This document shows, in pieces, positions 18,036 to 28,071 of a stretch of 54,629 nt of DNA (the first letter of the stretch is position 1; every line of letters begins with the position of its first letter). Source of the DNA: an uncultured Anaeromyxobacteraceae bacterium (GTDB taxonomy: Bacteria; Myxococcota_A; UBA9042; DTJE01); the NCBI GenBank assembly GCA_964522105.1, contig CAZFVA010000009.1, forward strand, positions 33,308-87,936. Direction: 5' to 3'. The notes under the pieces are model-generated. The model searched no databases and was not told where the DNA came from. It saw nothing but the letters and a program-made list of their open reading frames with translations. Both the position numbers and the translations under genes were made by a program.

Positions 18036-18893
18036 ATGAGCAGAGAGTCTGTTGTCGTCGGGCGTTACTATCCAGGTTCGGTTGAAGAACTGGCCGCCAG
18101 AATGCGGGAACTGATGGGCGCCGATTCGTTGAAAAACGAAGGAATGGAAGACGCTTACGGTGTCGTTGTTCCGCACGCGTCGCTTGATTGCTGCGGGTCG
18201 GTTTCGGCCGCGCTGTGGCGCCAGGTCAAGGTCCCGGACAGGGTAATCATTCTGGGGCCGAACCATACAGGTCTTGGTGCCAGAGCCGCCGTTGCTTGCA
18301 GGGGTCCGTTCATTACACCGGGCTGCGAGACTGCGCTTGACACAGAAATGGGACTTGCGATTGCCGCAGCCTGTGCCAACGTCGAATTTGATGACCTCGC
18401 ACATGAAGAAGAGCATTCCATCGAGGTTATTCTGCCTTTTCTTCTGTCCAGAAATCCGGGTGTAAAGATTACTGCCATCTGTCTGCGGACAATGTCGTAT
18501 CAGGATTGTGAAGACATCGCGACAGCCATAGTAAGTGCAATTGAATCGGCAGGTTGCCCGGTAATGGTCATCGCCAGTTCCGACCTGAATCACGGGGAAC
18601 CACTGAACGTAAGTGCCAGGAAAGACAGGATGGCGCTTGACAGGATCGAGGACCTTGACCCGAGAGGACTGTACGGGGCTGTCGTCGAGCATCACATAAG
18701 CATGTGTGGAATGATTCCGACCGTTATCATGCTGCTTGCCACCAGAGCGCTTGGTGCAGGATTTGCTGAAACGGTCGGTTACAATACCAGCGTTGATTTC
18801 ACCGGCGATCCTTCATCGGTCGTCGGGTACGGTTCTGTGATAGTGCGCAGCAGATGTCCGCTTGAACGGATCAAGCGGCTGGTTCCGTGCTGA
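18036..18893 (+). CDS. MEMO1-family / AmmeMemoRadiSam system protein B
   Basis: GRYYP, VPHA, ILGPNH, EHSIEV, ASSDLNH, SMCG and VVGY motifs. Start re-called at ATG 18036 because the longer ORF overlaps the tRNA. Confidence 0.9.
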   Translation: MSRESVVVGRYYPGSVEELAARMRELMGADSLKNEGMEDAYGVVVPHASLDCCGSVSAALWRQVKVPDRVIILGPNHTGLGARAAVACRGPFITPGCETALDTEMGLAIAAACANVEFDDLAHEEEHSIEVILPFLLSRNPGVKITAICLRTMSYQDCEDIATAIVSAIESAGCPVMVIASSDLNHGEPLNVSARKDRMALDRIEDLDPRGLYGAVVEHHISMCGMIPTVIMLLATRALGAGFAETVGYNTSVDFTGDPSSVVGYGSVIVRSRCPLERIKRLVPC

Positions 18894-18909
18894 AACGCGC
18901 AGATGTGGC

Positions 18910-20583
18910 ATGGGGGAAGTGATGAGCAGGGTTGAGCCGTTGACGGGCACAGTTCTTACATGCAAAGGCTGGCAGCAGGAAGCCGCCCGCAGGATGCTTC
19001 ACAATAATCTTCACCCGGATGTTGCCGAAGCCCCTGATGATCTTGTCGTTTATGGTGGTTCGGGCAAGGCGGCCAGGAACTGGGAATGTTACGAGCGCAT
19101 AGATCGGGCGCTTCTGGACCTGGAAGGCGATCAGACGCTTCTGGTGCAGTCGGGCAAGGCGGTCGGCGTTATTCAGACTCATTGCGACGCACCGCGTGTT
19201 CTGATTGCCAATTCAAATATTGTTCCGGCTTACGCCACGTGGGAAAAGTTCAGGGAGCTGGACAGGCTCGGGCTGACAATGTACGGCCAGATGACGGCCG
19301 GTTCATGGATTTATATAGGTACTCAGGGCATTTTGCAGGGCACGTACGAGACTTTCATGGCTGCCGGGAAGAAGCATTTCGGCAGCGACCTTACCGGGCG
19401 TCTTGTCGTGACCGGCGGTCTTGGCGGAATGGGCGGGGCGCAGCCGCTTGCAGTGACGATGGCGGGCGGCGTGGCCATCTGCGTCGAGGTTGACAGGCAC
19501 AGAATCCAGCGCCGTCTTGAAACAAGGTACCTGGATGTCTGGACCGACAGTCTGGATGAAGCTTTAAGGCTTGCCGCGACCGCTGTTGCCGCGCGTGAGC
19601 CGCTTTCGATAGGTCTTCTGGGGAATTGCGCCACCGTTCTGCCCGAGCTGGTCCGCCGTGGTTTTGTTCCCGATCTGGTCACTGACCAGACGTCTGCCCA
19701 TGACATGCTTAACGGGTACATTCCCGACCAGATTCCGTATGACGAAGCCGTCAGATTGCGTGCTGAAAATCCGGGACGTTACATGGCGTTGTCGCGTGAT
19801 GCGGTCGTGCGGCATGTCCAGGCGATGATTGACCTGCAGAAGCTTGGCGCTCACGTTTTTGATTATGGCAACAACATCAGAACTCAGGCATTTAATGAAG
19901 GGCTGGCAGACGCGTGGGCTTTCCCGGGATTTGTTCCGGCATACATCAGGCCGCTTTTCTGTGAAGGTCGCGGACCGTTCAGGTGGGCGGCGCTTTCGGG
20001 CGACCCGGCTGACATTGCCGTTACGGACGAAGCCATCCTGAAGCTTTTTCCGCAAGATGAAGGGCTTTCGCGCTGGATTTCGATGGCGCAGAAAAAGGTT
20101 GCGTTTCAGGGACTTCCGGCAAGAATCTGCTGGCTTGGTTATGGCGAACGCGACAAGGCCGGGCTGGCTTTCAATGACCTGGTTCGCAGCGGAAAGGTGA
20201 AGGCGCCCATTGTCATCGGACGTGACCACCTTGATTCCGGTTCTGTTGCGTCCCCGCACCGTGAAACTGAATCGATGAAAGACGGTTCTGACGTGATCGC
20301 TGACTGGCCGCTGCTGAATGCGATGCTGAATGCTTCAAACGGGGCCACGTGGGTGTCAATTCATCACGGCGGCGGTGTCGGGATCGGGTATTCGATTCAC
20401 GCCGGGGTCGTTATTGTCGCCGACGGTACCGATGGCCAGGCGGCAAAGCTTGAACGCGTATTGAAGGGCGATCCGGCAATGGGGATTTTCCGTCACGCCG
20501 ATGCCGGTTATGACGAAGCCATCGACGCCGCGCAGCGCCACAAACTGCAGATTCCGCACTTCAATGGCCCGCATCTGGTCTGA
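18910..20583 (+). CDS. hutU: Urocanate hydratase
   Basis: [44 protein letters not shown] and GRDHLD motifs. Start is 18910 or 18922. Confidence 0.98.
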   Translation: MGEVMSRVEPLTGTVLTCKGWQQEAARRMLHNNLHPDVAEAPDDLVVYGGSGKAARNWECYERIDRALLDLEGDQTLLVQSGKAVGVIQTHCDAPRVLIANSNIVPAYATWEKFRELDRLGLTMYGQMTAGSWIYIGTQGILQGTYETFMAAGKKHFGSDLTGRLVVTGGLGGMGGAQPLAVTMAGGVAICVEVDRHRIQRRLETRYLDVWTDSLDEALRLAATAVAAREPLSIGLLGNCATVLPELVRRGFVPDLVTDQTSAHDMLNGYIPDQIPYDEAVRLRAENPGRYMALSRDAVVRHVQAMIDLQKLGAHVFDYGNNIRTQAFNEGLADAWAFPGFVPAYIRPLFCEGRGPFRWAALSGDPADIAVTDEAILKLFPQDEGLSRWISMAQKKVAFQGLPARICWLGYGERDKAGLAFNDLVRSGKVKAPIVIGRDHLDSGSVASPHRETESMKDGSDVIADWPLLNAMLNASNGATWVSIHHGGGVGIGYSIHAGVVIVADGTDGQAAKLERVLKGDPAMGIFRHADAGYDEAIDAAQRHKLQIPHFNGPHLV

Positions 20584-20603
20584 CGCGCCTTTCGATTTGC
20601 GGC

Positions 20604-22301
20604 CTACAGCCCGACTTCCTTCAATTTCTGTATTTCTTTGTCAACAAGGGCGCCCCTTTGCTGCGCCTGTCGGCAGTAAGGAAGGGCTGACTGGTAGTCT
20701 TCGTGGTTGACAAGCAGGATGCAGATGTTCGTAAGTGCGCTGATCATGCCAGGTCTGTGCTTCAGTGCTTCGGTAAATTCGGCTGCGGCCGCCGCCGGTC
20801 GGCCCGCATTGGCGATCACAAGTCCAAGATTGTTGTGCGCTTCGGCGTTGGCCGGGTCGATCGCGATTGCGGCCAGCAGGTGTGGTTCCGCTTCGGCCCA
20901 TCTGCCGGAATTCATCAGGGCATGACCCAGGTTATTTTGCAGCCTTGTGCTTCCCGGACGGTTGGCAAGGGATGATTCAAAAAGTTTTTCCGCAGACTTG
21001 AAGTCCCCGACCCGGTCAAAGGTGACGACGGCCTGCAGGCCGATCCAGACGACGAAAAGGGATATCAGGCCCCAGCCGAACCAGCGCCGGCCGGTCGATG
21101 TGTCAGTTTGCGGCGCAACAGCGGTCAGGCCGACCGCGAGGGCTGCAGCAAGCCCCGCCGAAGGTTCGGTAAGCAGTCGTTCACCCATGATGATCCAGCT
21201 TGGAAAGACGATCGACGACACCAGTCCGTACGCCATCATCATCATCATAAGACCGGGCCATGCGGCGGAACGCCTGCGCATAAGGAAAACGACAAGAATG
21301 ACGGTTCCAACCAGAATCGCTGCCCCGCCCGCAATGGCCGCGACCGGTGCGCCCGGCGGCGGCCCGGGCAGACCCAGTACGTCGAATCCGTAGTCAACAG
21401 TTGGATTTACAGGTGCCAGCAGAAGCCGTGTCGATTCAACAAGGACTTTCATCGCACCGGCCAGCCTGGCAGGCGTGTCGGCCAGTACAAGAGGATTGTC
21501 CTGCCACGGAATGGCGGCGGCAGACATTTTGCCAAGACCGGCAAACCGGATGATGAAGTAAACGACCGTTGACCCGAACAGCACGGCAACAGGTTTCAGC
21601 CGTGACAGCATCTTCATGCCCTGCGGGGCTGCGAAAATCAGAATCGTGGCTGCAGTAAACGGCATCGTGACGGCAGACTCTTTTGAAAGCAGACCGGCCA
21701 GTGTCACCAGTCCCAGTGCCGCAAGGGAACTCTTTGAAAATGCAGTCGGATTAGCTGCAAGGTTCGATCGCCTGACGACCATTATCATGCCGATCAGGTA
21801 AAAAATTGTCGCCAGCATGATCTCGCGGTTGACGACAAACATCACCGTTTCGACATGGGTTCCATGAAACGCGAACCAGGCGCCTGCAAGGGTGGCGGCC
21901 AGCGGGGTGCAGCCGCATGTAAACAGGAACTGCAGCAACAGCAGGCACATGAAACTGTACAGAAGTGCGTTTGTTATCCTGAAAGGCAGCGGGTTAAGTC
22001 CGCCCACTTTTCTGGTCAAGGCCAGACTGGTTACCGAAAGTGGTCTGTAGTTTGCCACATGTCGGTATTCGGGAATGTCACCCCAGCCTGTCGAAGAAAA
22101 GATGCGCCCGACATCTACGGTTTTTCCGTCAACAAGCGGATTGTTGACGACTGCCCAGTTGTCGTCGTGCAGAAACGGATAATCAAGCGCACTTATCCAC
22201 GGAGCAAGGGAACAGAGCAGCACAATGATCCAGGCGGCCCGCGTGGATGCGACTGACGTTCGGTGCTGGCTTACCGGCTGAATAATAGCTTCGGTGTTCA
22301 T
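20604..22301 (-). CDS. Second TMTC-like GT-C glycosyltransferase with C-terminal TPRs
   Basis: HDDNWAVVNNP, NYRPL, H..HVETV..VVNR, LSKES, DNPL and ERLL.EPS motifs; 3-4 TPRs (NNLG...AEAHNNLG). Confidence 0.82.
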   Translation of the reverse strand: MNTEAIIQPVSQHRTSVASTRAAWIIVLLCSLAPWISALDYPFLHDDNWAVVNNPLVDGKTVDVGRIFSSTGWGDIPEYRHVANYRPLSVTSLALTRKVGGLNPLPFRITNALLYSFMCLLLLQFLFTCGCTPLAATLAGAWFAFHGTHVETVMFVVNREIMLATIFYLIGMIMVVRRSNLAANPTAFSKSSLAALGLVTLAGLLSKESAVTMPFTAATILIFAAPQGMKMLSRLKPVAVLFGSTVVYFIIRFAGLGKMSAAAIPWQDNPLVLADTPARLAGAMKVLVESTRLLLAPVNPTVDYGFDVLGLPGPPPGAPVAAIAGGAAILVGTVILVVFLMRRRSAAWPGLMMMMMAYGLVSSIVFPSWIIMGERLLTEPSAGLAAALAVGLTAVAPQTDTSTGRRWFGWGLISLFVVWIGLQAVVTFDRVGDFKSAEKLFESSLANRPGSTRLQNNLGHALMNSGRWAEAEPHLLAAIAIDPANAEAHNNLGLVIANAGRPAAAAAEFTEALKHRPGMISALTNICILLVNHEDYQSALPYCRQAQQRGALVDKEIQKLKEVGL

Positions 22302-22516
22302 CGGGTGATTATGGCAGGAGTAATGAAAAATTGGAGTACCTTCCCGTGATGTTTTACACTAGGTTCATGTGGCCGAAACCAAACATTTACATGATCTGTT
22401 GATAGTGTGTCTTGACACTGTAATTGCCGGTTCGGATAATCCACTGGAATCTGCCTGGTTGTTTCCTGATGTTTTCAGGGGAAGTTGGGCTGTCACAAAG
22501 GACTTTGAGGCTTCAT

Positions 22517-24628
22517 ATGACAAAGAACCGATGCGCCAGGCGACTGTTCGTCTGTGTCCTTTCTGCCCTGATGCTTTTCGTTTCCGGGACCGGATGTGAC
22601 AGTTCGGGTCAGGTCACAACGTTTTCCCAGATTGAAATCACGCCGAATACGACTACCGTTGATCTGTCGGGCACGATTGATTACACAGTGACAATCGTGA
22701 ATACAGGCGAGGGCCGCGATCTTACGATTAACGACATCGTTCTTGATTACACTCCGCTTGATGATGCCGAGATAGCTGCCGGTGCGGCGTTCACGCTGAT
22801 CAAGCAAACGCCCCTTCCCGCGACTATTGCCGCGAATGCCGGCGCCAGCGCTGAAGATATCGTCACATTTATTGTCAGATACAAGACGATTGGCGATCTG
22901 CAGGACAGAACGGCTTCAGTCACGATCCTTAATGATAATACCCAGAGCGAAGAGAAGCAGAATCTGAAGATCGACTTCAGTGGCCGCCGCTGCCGCCCGA
23001 TTCTTGACGTTGATGATAACGTTGACTTCGGTACCGTCGGTTTCGGTGCATCAAATGAAGTCGAGATTTCCCTGACCAACACCGGTTCATGCGCCCTTGA
23101 GATTGACTGGATTTCTGTTGAAGGCCCGAACACATTCTCGGTCACCGCCGGTGGTCAGGAATACATCGGTTCGCCTGATTATCAGCAGTATATTCTGCCG
23201 GAAGTTGTCGTCGTTGCCCCCGGTGATGACCTCAGATGGATGACGAAGTTTGTGCCCCTGAATGGCGAACCTTCAGCCGCTGATCTGGTAATTCATACGA
23301 ATAATCAAGAAGTTACTGATGGTATCTATAAAGTGGCGCTGCTTGGAAACGCCACCGGCCCGTTGCTGAGAGTTGTGCCTGCCGAGGCAGATTTCGGTGG
23401 CAAGCTTCTTGGGAAGGCAGCCGGAATGACACTGACGCTCAGTTCGGTCGGGACTTCCGACGTAAAGATTACCAGTCTGGTTCTTGGTGAAGGCACAAGC
23501 CCGGATTTCACGCTTGACGCCAGCGGCCTTGGTGTTATCCCGACAGCTGAAGCGCCATTGGTCCTTTCCCCCGGTTCAAACAGGGAAATCGTCCTGAAGT
23601 TCACGCCTGACGTTGAAAATCCCAGGGATGGCGATAACAAGCCGATCCCCGACACGGGAACTCTGGATATTGCCAGCAACGTGTTTGAAATGATTACCAA
23701 GGTCCCGATTTCCGGATATGGCGTTACCGTTGAGTGTCCGAAGCCGGTCATCGTTATTGAAGAAGGTGAAGTGGTTCAGCCGCAGACCGTTCTTCATATT
23801 CATGGTGATCAGAGCCAGAGCGGCAGTGCCGGCGGAACAATTATTTCGTATTCATGGACCGTTGATCAGCCGCCGGAAAACAAGTTCATCCTTCTGCCGA
23901 CCGCGTCGTCTGAAAACGTGACACATGAAGTCAACATCGGTGGAAAGTACACGTACTGTCTTGATGTTTGTGATGGTCAGTACTGCTCCAGCGACGCCCA
24001 GTGCGGCGGCGCAGTCTGCAAGGAAGTGCTGGTCGTTCCCGACAAGGCGATTCACTGCGAATTGACCTGGCATACACCGGGGGACCTTGACGAATTTGAT
24101 GAAGGCGAAGACGTCGGCACCGACATGGACCTTCATTTCACTCATCCGTTTGCGGCCATGAACGACCTGGATGGCGACGGCAAGCCCGATCCGTGGTTCC
24201 ATAATCCCTACGACTGCTTCTGGTTCCAGAAGACTCCGGAATGGGAAACTGCGAACCCGGATGGAAAGGACAATCCGTCCCTTGATCGTGATGATACCGA
24301 CGGCGCCGGACCTGAAAACGTCAACCTTGATACGCCGGTTTCCGGGCGCGTTTACCGGATTGGCGTTCACTACTGGGATGATCATGGACTTGGTGCCAGC
24401 TATCCCAGATTGAAGTGCTACATCTGGGGGCAGGCTGTTTTTGACCTCGACCTTCGGGTTACCGATACGAAGATGTATAAATGTGACATGTGGTACGCCG
24501 CCGAGATTTCCTGGCCCCAGCAGGTAGTTACGCAGATTAAGAACACTGACGGCACCTTGAAGATCACGCACAGCTACGAAGAACCTTCCTTCTCGGAAAT
24601 TGGCGGTGGCGGCTGTTCGGCCGAATAG
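22517..24628 (+). CDS. Lipoprotein with ASH/choice-of-anchor-D repeats, a PKD-like domain and a YfaP/DUF2135-like domain (paralogue of 9793-11979)
   Basis: Lipobox GTGC; NTG..DLTI, VDFG..NTGSCALEI and ADFG repeats; YSWTV.QP; ELTW..DMDLH..DCFW..SLDRDDTDGAGPEN..YRIGVHYW. ATG 22517 follows a GAGG RBS. Confidence 0.78.
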   Translation: MTKNRCARRLFVCVLSALMLFVSGTGCDSSGQVTTFSQIEITPNTTTVDLSGTIDYTVTIVNTGEGRDLTINDIVLDYTPLDDAEIAAGAAFTLIKQTPLPATIAANAGASAEDIVTFIVRYKTIGDLQDRTASVTILNDNTQSEEKQNLKIDFSGRRCRPILDVDDNVDFGTVGFGASNEVEISLTNTGSCALEIDWISVEGPNTFSVTAGGQEYIGSPDYQQYILPEVVVVAPGDDLRWMTKFVPLNGEPSAADLVIHTNNQEVTDGIYKVALLGNATGPLLRVVPAEADFGGKLLGKAAGMTLTLSSVGTSDVKITSLVLGEGTSPDFTLDASGLGVIPTAEAPLVLSPGSNREIVLKFTPDVENPRDGDNKPIPDTGTLDIASNVFEMITKVPISGYGVTVECPKPVIVIEEGEVVQPQTVLHIHGDQSQSGSAGGTIISYSWTVDQPPENKFILLPTASSENVTHEVNIGGKYTYCLDVCDGQYCSSDAQCGGAVCKEVLVVPDKAIHCELTWHTPGDLDEFDEGEDVGTDMDLHFTHPFAAMNDLDGDGKPDPWFHNPYDCFWFQKTPEWETANPDGKDNPSLDRDDTDGAGPENVNLDTPVSGRVYRIGVHYWDDHGLGASYPRLKCYIWGQAVFDLDLRVTDTKMYKCDMWYAAEISWPQQVVTQIKNTDGTLKITHSYEEPSFSEIGGGGCSAE

Positions 24629-24771
24629 TCCCTGCTGATTCGTTTTCAAGATTAGTTTTCACTTCAATGCAATCCGTGGTTTTAATTTGGACAGGAATCC
24701 ATAAAATACCCACACAGGGAACTTTGAAGAATTCTGTTCCTGTCGTCCTGGCGTTTACGGGAGACTTACTG

Positions 24772-27700
24772 ATGAATATGAAAGCAGGTTTGGTTTCCAG
24801 ACTTCTGGTTATCGGTGTCGTAGCGGTAATGGGGGCGCTGATTTCGTCGTGTAAAGACGGCGCTTCAATCGCCGAAAACCTGAACCTTGATTACAGTCCG
24901 GCCAACCTGAACTTTGGCTCGGTAAATATCGATTCTGAAAAGGTAATAACGGTAACGCTGACTCATATAGGTACGACGGGAAACATCGAAATCGGCGACA
25001 TCAAGACCGAAACACTTGGTGCCGAATTCACAATCGTCATGCCTGCAAAAACCGTCCTGGCGCCGACCGAATCAACGACGTTTGATGTCGTTTACAAGCC
25101 GAAAGACAGCGCCGTTGATGCCGGTTACGTCGTGATTTCACATAACGTCGCAACATCTGGATATCGCACAAGGATTGCCGTTTCGTCTTCCGGTCAGACA
25201 GCTACTCTGATTACCGAACCGAGCCCGATCGATTTCGGTGACGTTAATGCAGGTACGACCGGAACTCTTGATATTATTGTGAAGAACGTCGGTACGGCTC
25301 CGCTGAACCTTGAAAAGGCTTTCATGGACCCCGAAGGGTCTGATGCCTTCAAGATTGTTGCAATAGTTCCCCCGGAAGGCGATTCGCTGCCGGTTGAGCT
25401 TGCACCCGAGGCTTTTCTTGGCCTGACCCTTCAGTATGCCCCGCAGAGCGGCAAGACCGAGCAGACATTGCTGTTCATTACTGGTGTTGATGGCGAACAG
25501 TGGAGCTTTGATGTCTTTGCGAACGGCCTGGGACCCAAGCTGGCCATTGCCCCGGCTCAGATTGAACTGGGTGGCGTCGAAATTGGCGAAACAGGCAGGG
25601 CCATCGCGACAATTTCAAACATCGGCAATGATACTTTGAAGGTCACCAGTCTTGGTTTTTCGCCGGGAAGTGCGGCCGGTCTGACCATTGAAGGCGAGAC
25701 TTCATTCAACGTGGCCCCGGGCGCCAGCAAGGACTTCTACGTAAACTGGGCCGTTACTGAAGCAGTCAAATACACCGGTGCGGCGATCGGTTGGGTTTCA
25801 ATAGTAAGCAATGATGCTGCCAGTCCGGCCATCGTAAGTGTGTTCGGGCGCGTCAATTCCCCGCTGCTGGCCGTTATCCCTGAAGAACTGGACATGGGTT
25901 TCGGTGCGCAGGGCCTTGAGATCGTGAAAAGCGTAACTATTCGCAACGAAGGTTTCGGCGACCTGATTATCAAGGGTGAACCGACCTTCTTTGACACTTC
26001 CGAGTCGAAGTATGGTCCTGAATTCAGGATCCAGGTTGTTGGTGCGACGCCTGTCGGCGGCAATTACATTCTTGCCGGCGGTACCGGCATGGAAGCCCGG
26101 GTAAAGTTTACGAACAAGGGTCCTGCGACCGGCACTGTCACGTCGAAGCTTCGGATTACGTCTAATGATAAAGGCGTCGCCGACAGCGAAACGATTGTTC
26201 CGATTACGGTTTCGCGCGCAGGTACTGCCGAATGTGTTCCGCAGATTGCGCCTGCGGCAGTTGATTTCGGGCTGGTCCCGATGGGCTTCCGGAAAGAATT
26301 GCCGATAAGGATCGTTAATACCGGTGCCGGTTACTGCTCGTTCAAGGGTGCCATGGTTCAGGATTGCACTTCTTCCGGCGGCATGTTCGGTGGTTGTCCT
26401 GAACCGTTTACAGGGACGAAGTCGTCGAGATTCACAGTCGTTTCGCAGCCGCCGGTTGTCCAGAACGGGATCGTTCCCGGCGGGGCCGTCACCGTCTATG
26501 TCAGATTTGCGCCGCCGAATTCCAGCACGATGTTCGGTGATCTGACAGAATACACAGCACTTCTGTCGGCAAACATCTATGATGCACAGCTCAAGAAAAA
26601 CCTAATCATTCCGAAGGCTACCGGTACCGGTACGTGGAATTCAAATCTGAAGGGTACTACCGGTGTCGCGAATCTGGCCGTTCTGCCTTCCGACGTCAAG
26701 TTTGGTCTTGTGACGCTTGGTTGTGCTTCAAAGAAGTATCAGATATGTGCATACAACACGGGCGCCGCTCCGCTGCAGGTTACAGGCATCAAGCTTGACG
26801 GCTGTACTCCGGAATTCAAGCTTAAAGGCGTACCCACTCTGCCGCAGGCTATTTCTGCCGGTCATCCGCTGTGCTTTGGTGTGCAGTTTGTTCCGCAGGA
26901 TACGACGCAGGACTCGTGCATCCTGAAGGTATTAAGTAATGAACAGTCGGTTCCGGAACTGTTCGTCGGCCTCAGCGGCGAAGGGACCATTTTCAGTGAT
27001 CAAACCGACGAATTTACTCAGCTTTCCGGACAGATGGTCGATATCCTTTTCATTATTGATGATTCCGGTTCCATGGGTGATGACCAGCAGACGTTAATTG
27101 CTAACTTCGGTGAGTTCATCAAGTATGCCGATGTCTGGAATAACGACTATCACATTGGCGTTGTTTCGACCGGACTCAGTTATGACAATCTGATCGGTAA
27201 GCTGAATTTTGGTAATCCCAGAACGATGCCGCGGTACATTACACCTGGCCCGAATGCCAAGTCTCAGTTTGCTGATCTTGCGAATCTCGGAAGTGACGGT
27301 GACAACACAGAAGGTGCTCTGGCGAATGCTCAGGCTGCTCTTTCTGCGCCGCTGGTGACCGATACCGAGGTATCGTGCAGCAGTGATCTGGACTGTCAGA
27401 AGGATCCCAATATCTGTACCGGTACTGATTGCCCGTACAAGTGTCTTGAAGGTACGTGCGGCGGCTGGAATAAAGGCTTCCTGCGTGAAGACGCTCAGCT
27501 TGAAATCATCGCCCTGTCGGATGAAGAGGATCAGAGCAGCGGCGACCTTGGTTTCTACATCGATTTCTTCCGCTCGCTCAAAGGTTTCTATAATCAGAAC
27601 ATGATGCATTTTAACGCCATTTGCGGCACCGATGACGGCACGCTTGTTGATGAACAGGGCAATGCGTTCCCGGGCTGTACGGGGCCGACAGGTGCTGCCG

Positions 27701-28014
27701 CCCAGGAAGCTAAACGTTATATAGAAGCGGCTCAGGGAACGAACGGCAAGATTGGTTCCATCTGTGACCCGAACTATAAAACCGTTTTAAATGAAATCGG
27801 GTCAGTGGCGTTCGGCCTGAAGCAGCAGTTCTTCCTTTCCAGAATTGCCGATCCGAATTCCATCACGGTTAAAGTCAGGGGTGTTGACGCGCTTGACGGG
27901 TGGACTTACGAAGCCGAATCGAATTCAATAGTGTTCGATCCGTTAAGTTCGAACATGCCCCAGGAAGGCGACAAGATACTTGTTCATTACGAGACGCTGT
28001 GCCTTCCTGAATAG
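24772..28014 (+). CDS. Large lipoprotein with about 6 ASH/choice-of-anchor-D repeats and a C-terminal vWA (MIDAS) domain, CglB-like adhesin candidate
   Basis: Lipobox ISSC; repeated P..(L/I/V)(D/N/K)(F/M/L)G.V...N.G..L units; VDILFIIDDSGSM (DxSxS), YHIGVVST, FLREDA.L.II.LSDEEDQS and SICD motifs. Confidence 0.8.
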   Translation: MNMKAGLVSRLLVIGVVAVMGALISSCKDGASIAENLNLDYSPANLNFGSVNIDSEKVITVTLTHIGTTGNIEIGDIKTETLGAEFTIVMPAKTVLAPTESTTFDVVYKPKDSAVDAGYVVISHNVATSGYRTRIAVSSSGQTATLITEPSPIDFGDVNAGTTGTLDIIVKNVGTAPLNLEKAFMDPEGSDAFKIVAIVPPEGDSLPVELAPEAFLGLTLQYAPQSGKTEQTLLFITGVDGEQWSFDVFANGLGPKLAIAPAQIELGGVEIGETGRAIATISNIGNDTLKVTSLGFSPGSAAGLTIEGETSFNVAPGASKDFYVNWAVTEAVKYTGAAIGWVSIVSNDAASPAIVSVFGRVNSPLLAVIPEELDMGFGAQGLEIVKSVTIRNEGFGDLIIKGEPTFFDTSESKYGPEFRIQVVGATPVGGNYILAGGTGMEARVKFTNKGPATGTVTSKLRITSNDKGVADSETIVPITVSRAGTAECVPQIAPAAVDFGLVPMGFRKELPIRIVNTGAGYCSFKGAMVQDCTSSGGMFGGCPEPFTGTKSSRFTVVSQPPVVQNGIVPGGAVTVYVRFAPPNSSTMFGDLTEYTALLSANIYDAQLKKNLIIPKATGTGTWNSNLKGTTGVANLAVLPSDVKFGLVTLGCASKKYQICAYNTGAAPLQVTGIKLDGCTPEFKLKGVPTLPQAISAGHPLCFGVQFVPQDTTQDSCILKVLSNEQSVPELFVGLSGEGTIFSDQTDEFTQLSGQMVDILFIIDDSGSMGDDQQTLIANFGEFIKYADVWNNDYHIGVVSTGLSYDNLIGKLNFGNPRTMPRYITPGPNAKSQFADLANLGSDGDNTEGALANAQAALSAPLVTDTEVSCSSDLDCQKDPNICTGTDCPYKCLEGTCGGWNKGFLREDAQLEIIALSDEEDQSSGDLGFYIDFFRSLKGFYNQNMMHFNAICGTDDGTLVDEQGNAFPGCTGPTGAAAQEAKRYIEAAQGTNGKIGSICDPNYKTVLNEIGSVAFGLKQQFFLSRIADPNSITVKVRGVDALDGWTYEAESNSIVFDPLSSNMPQEGDKILVHYETLCLPE

Positions 28015-28071
28015 GGGGATGCCGTGTCTTTTGAAACAAAAATGGTCTGAAACCATTAAGGAGATTCCTAA

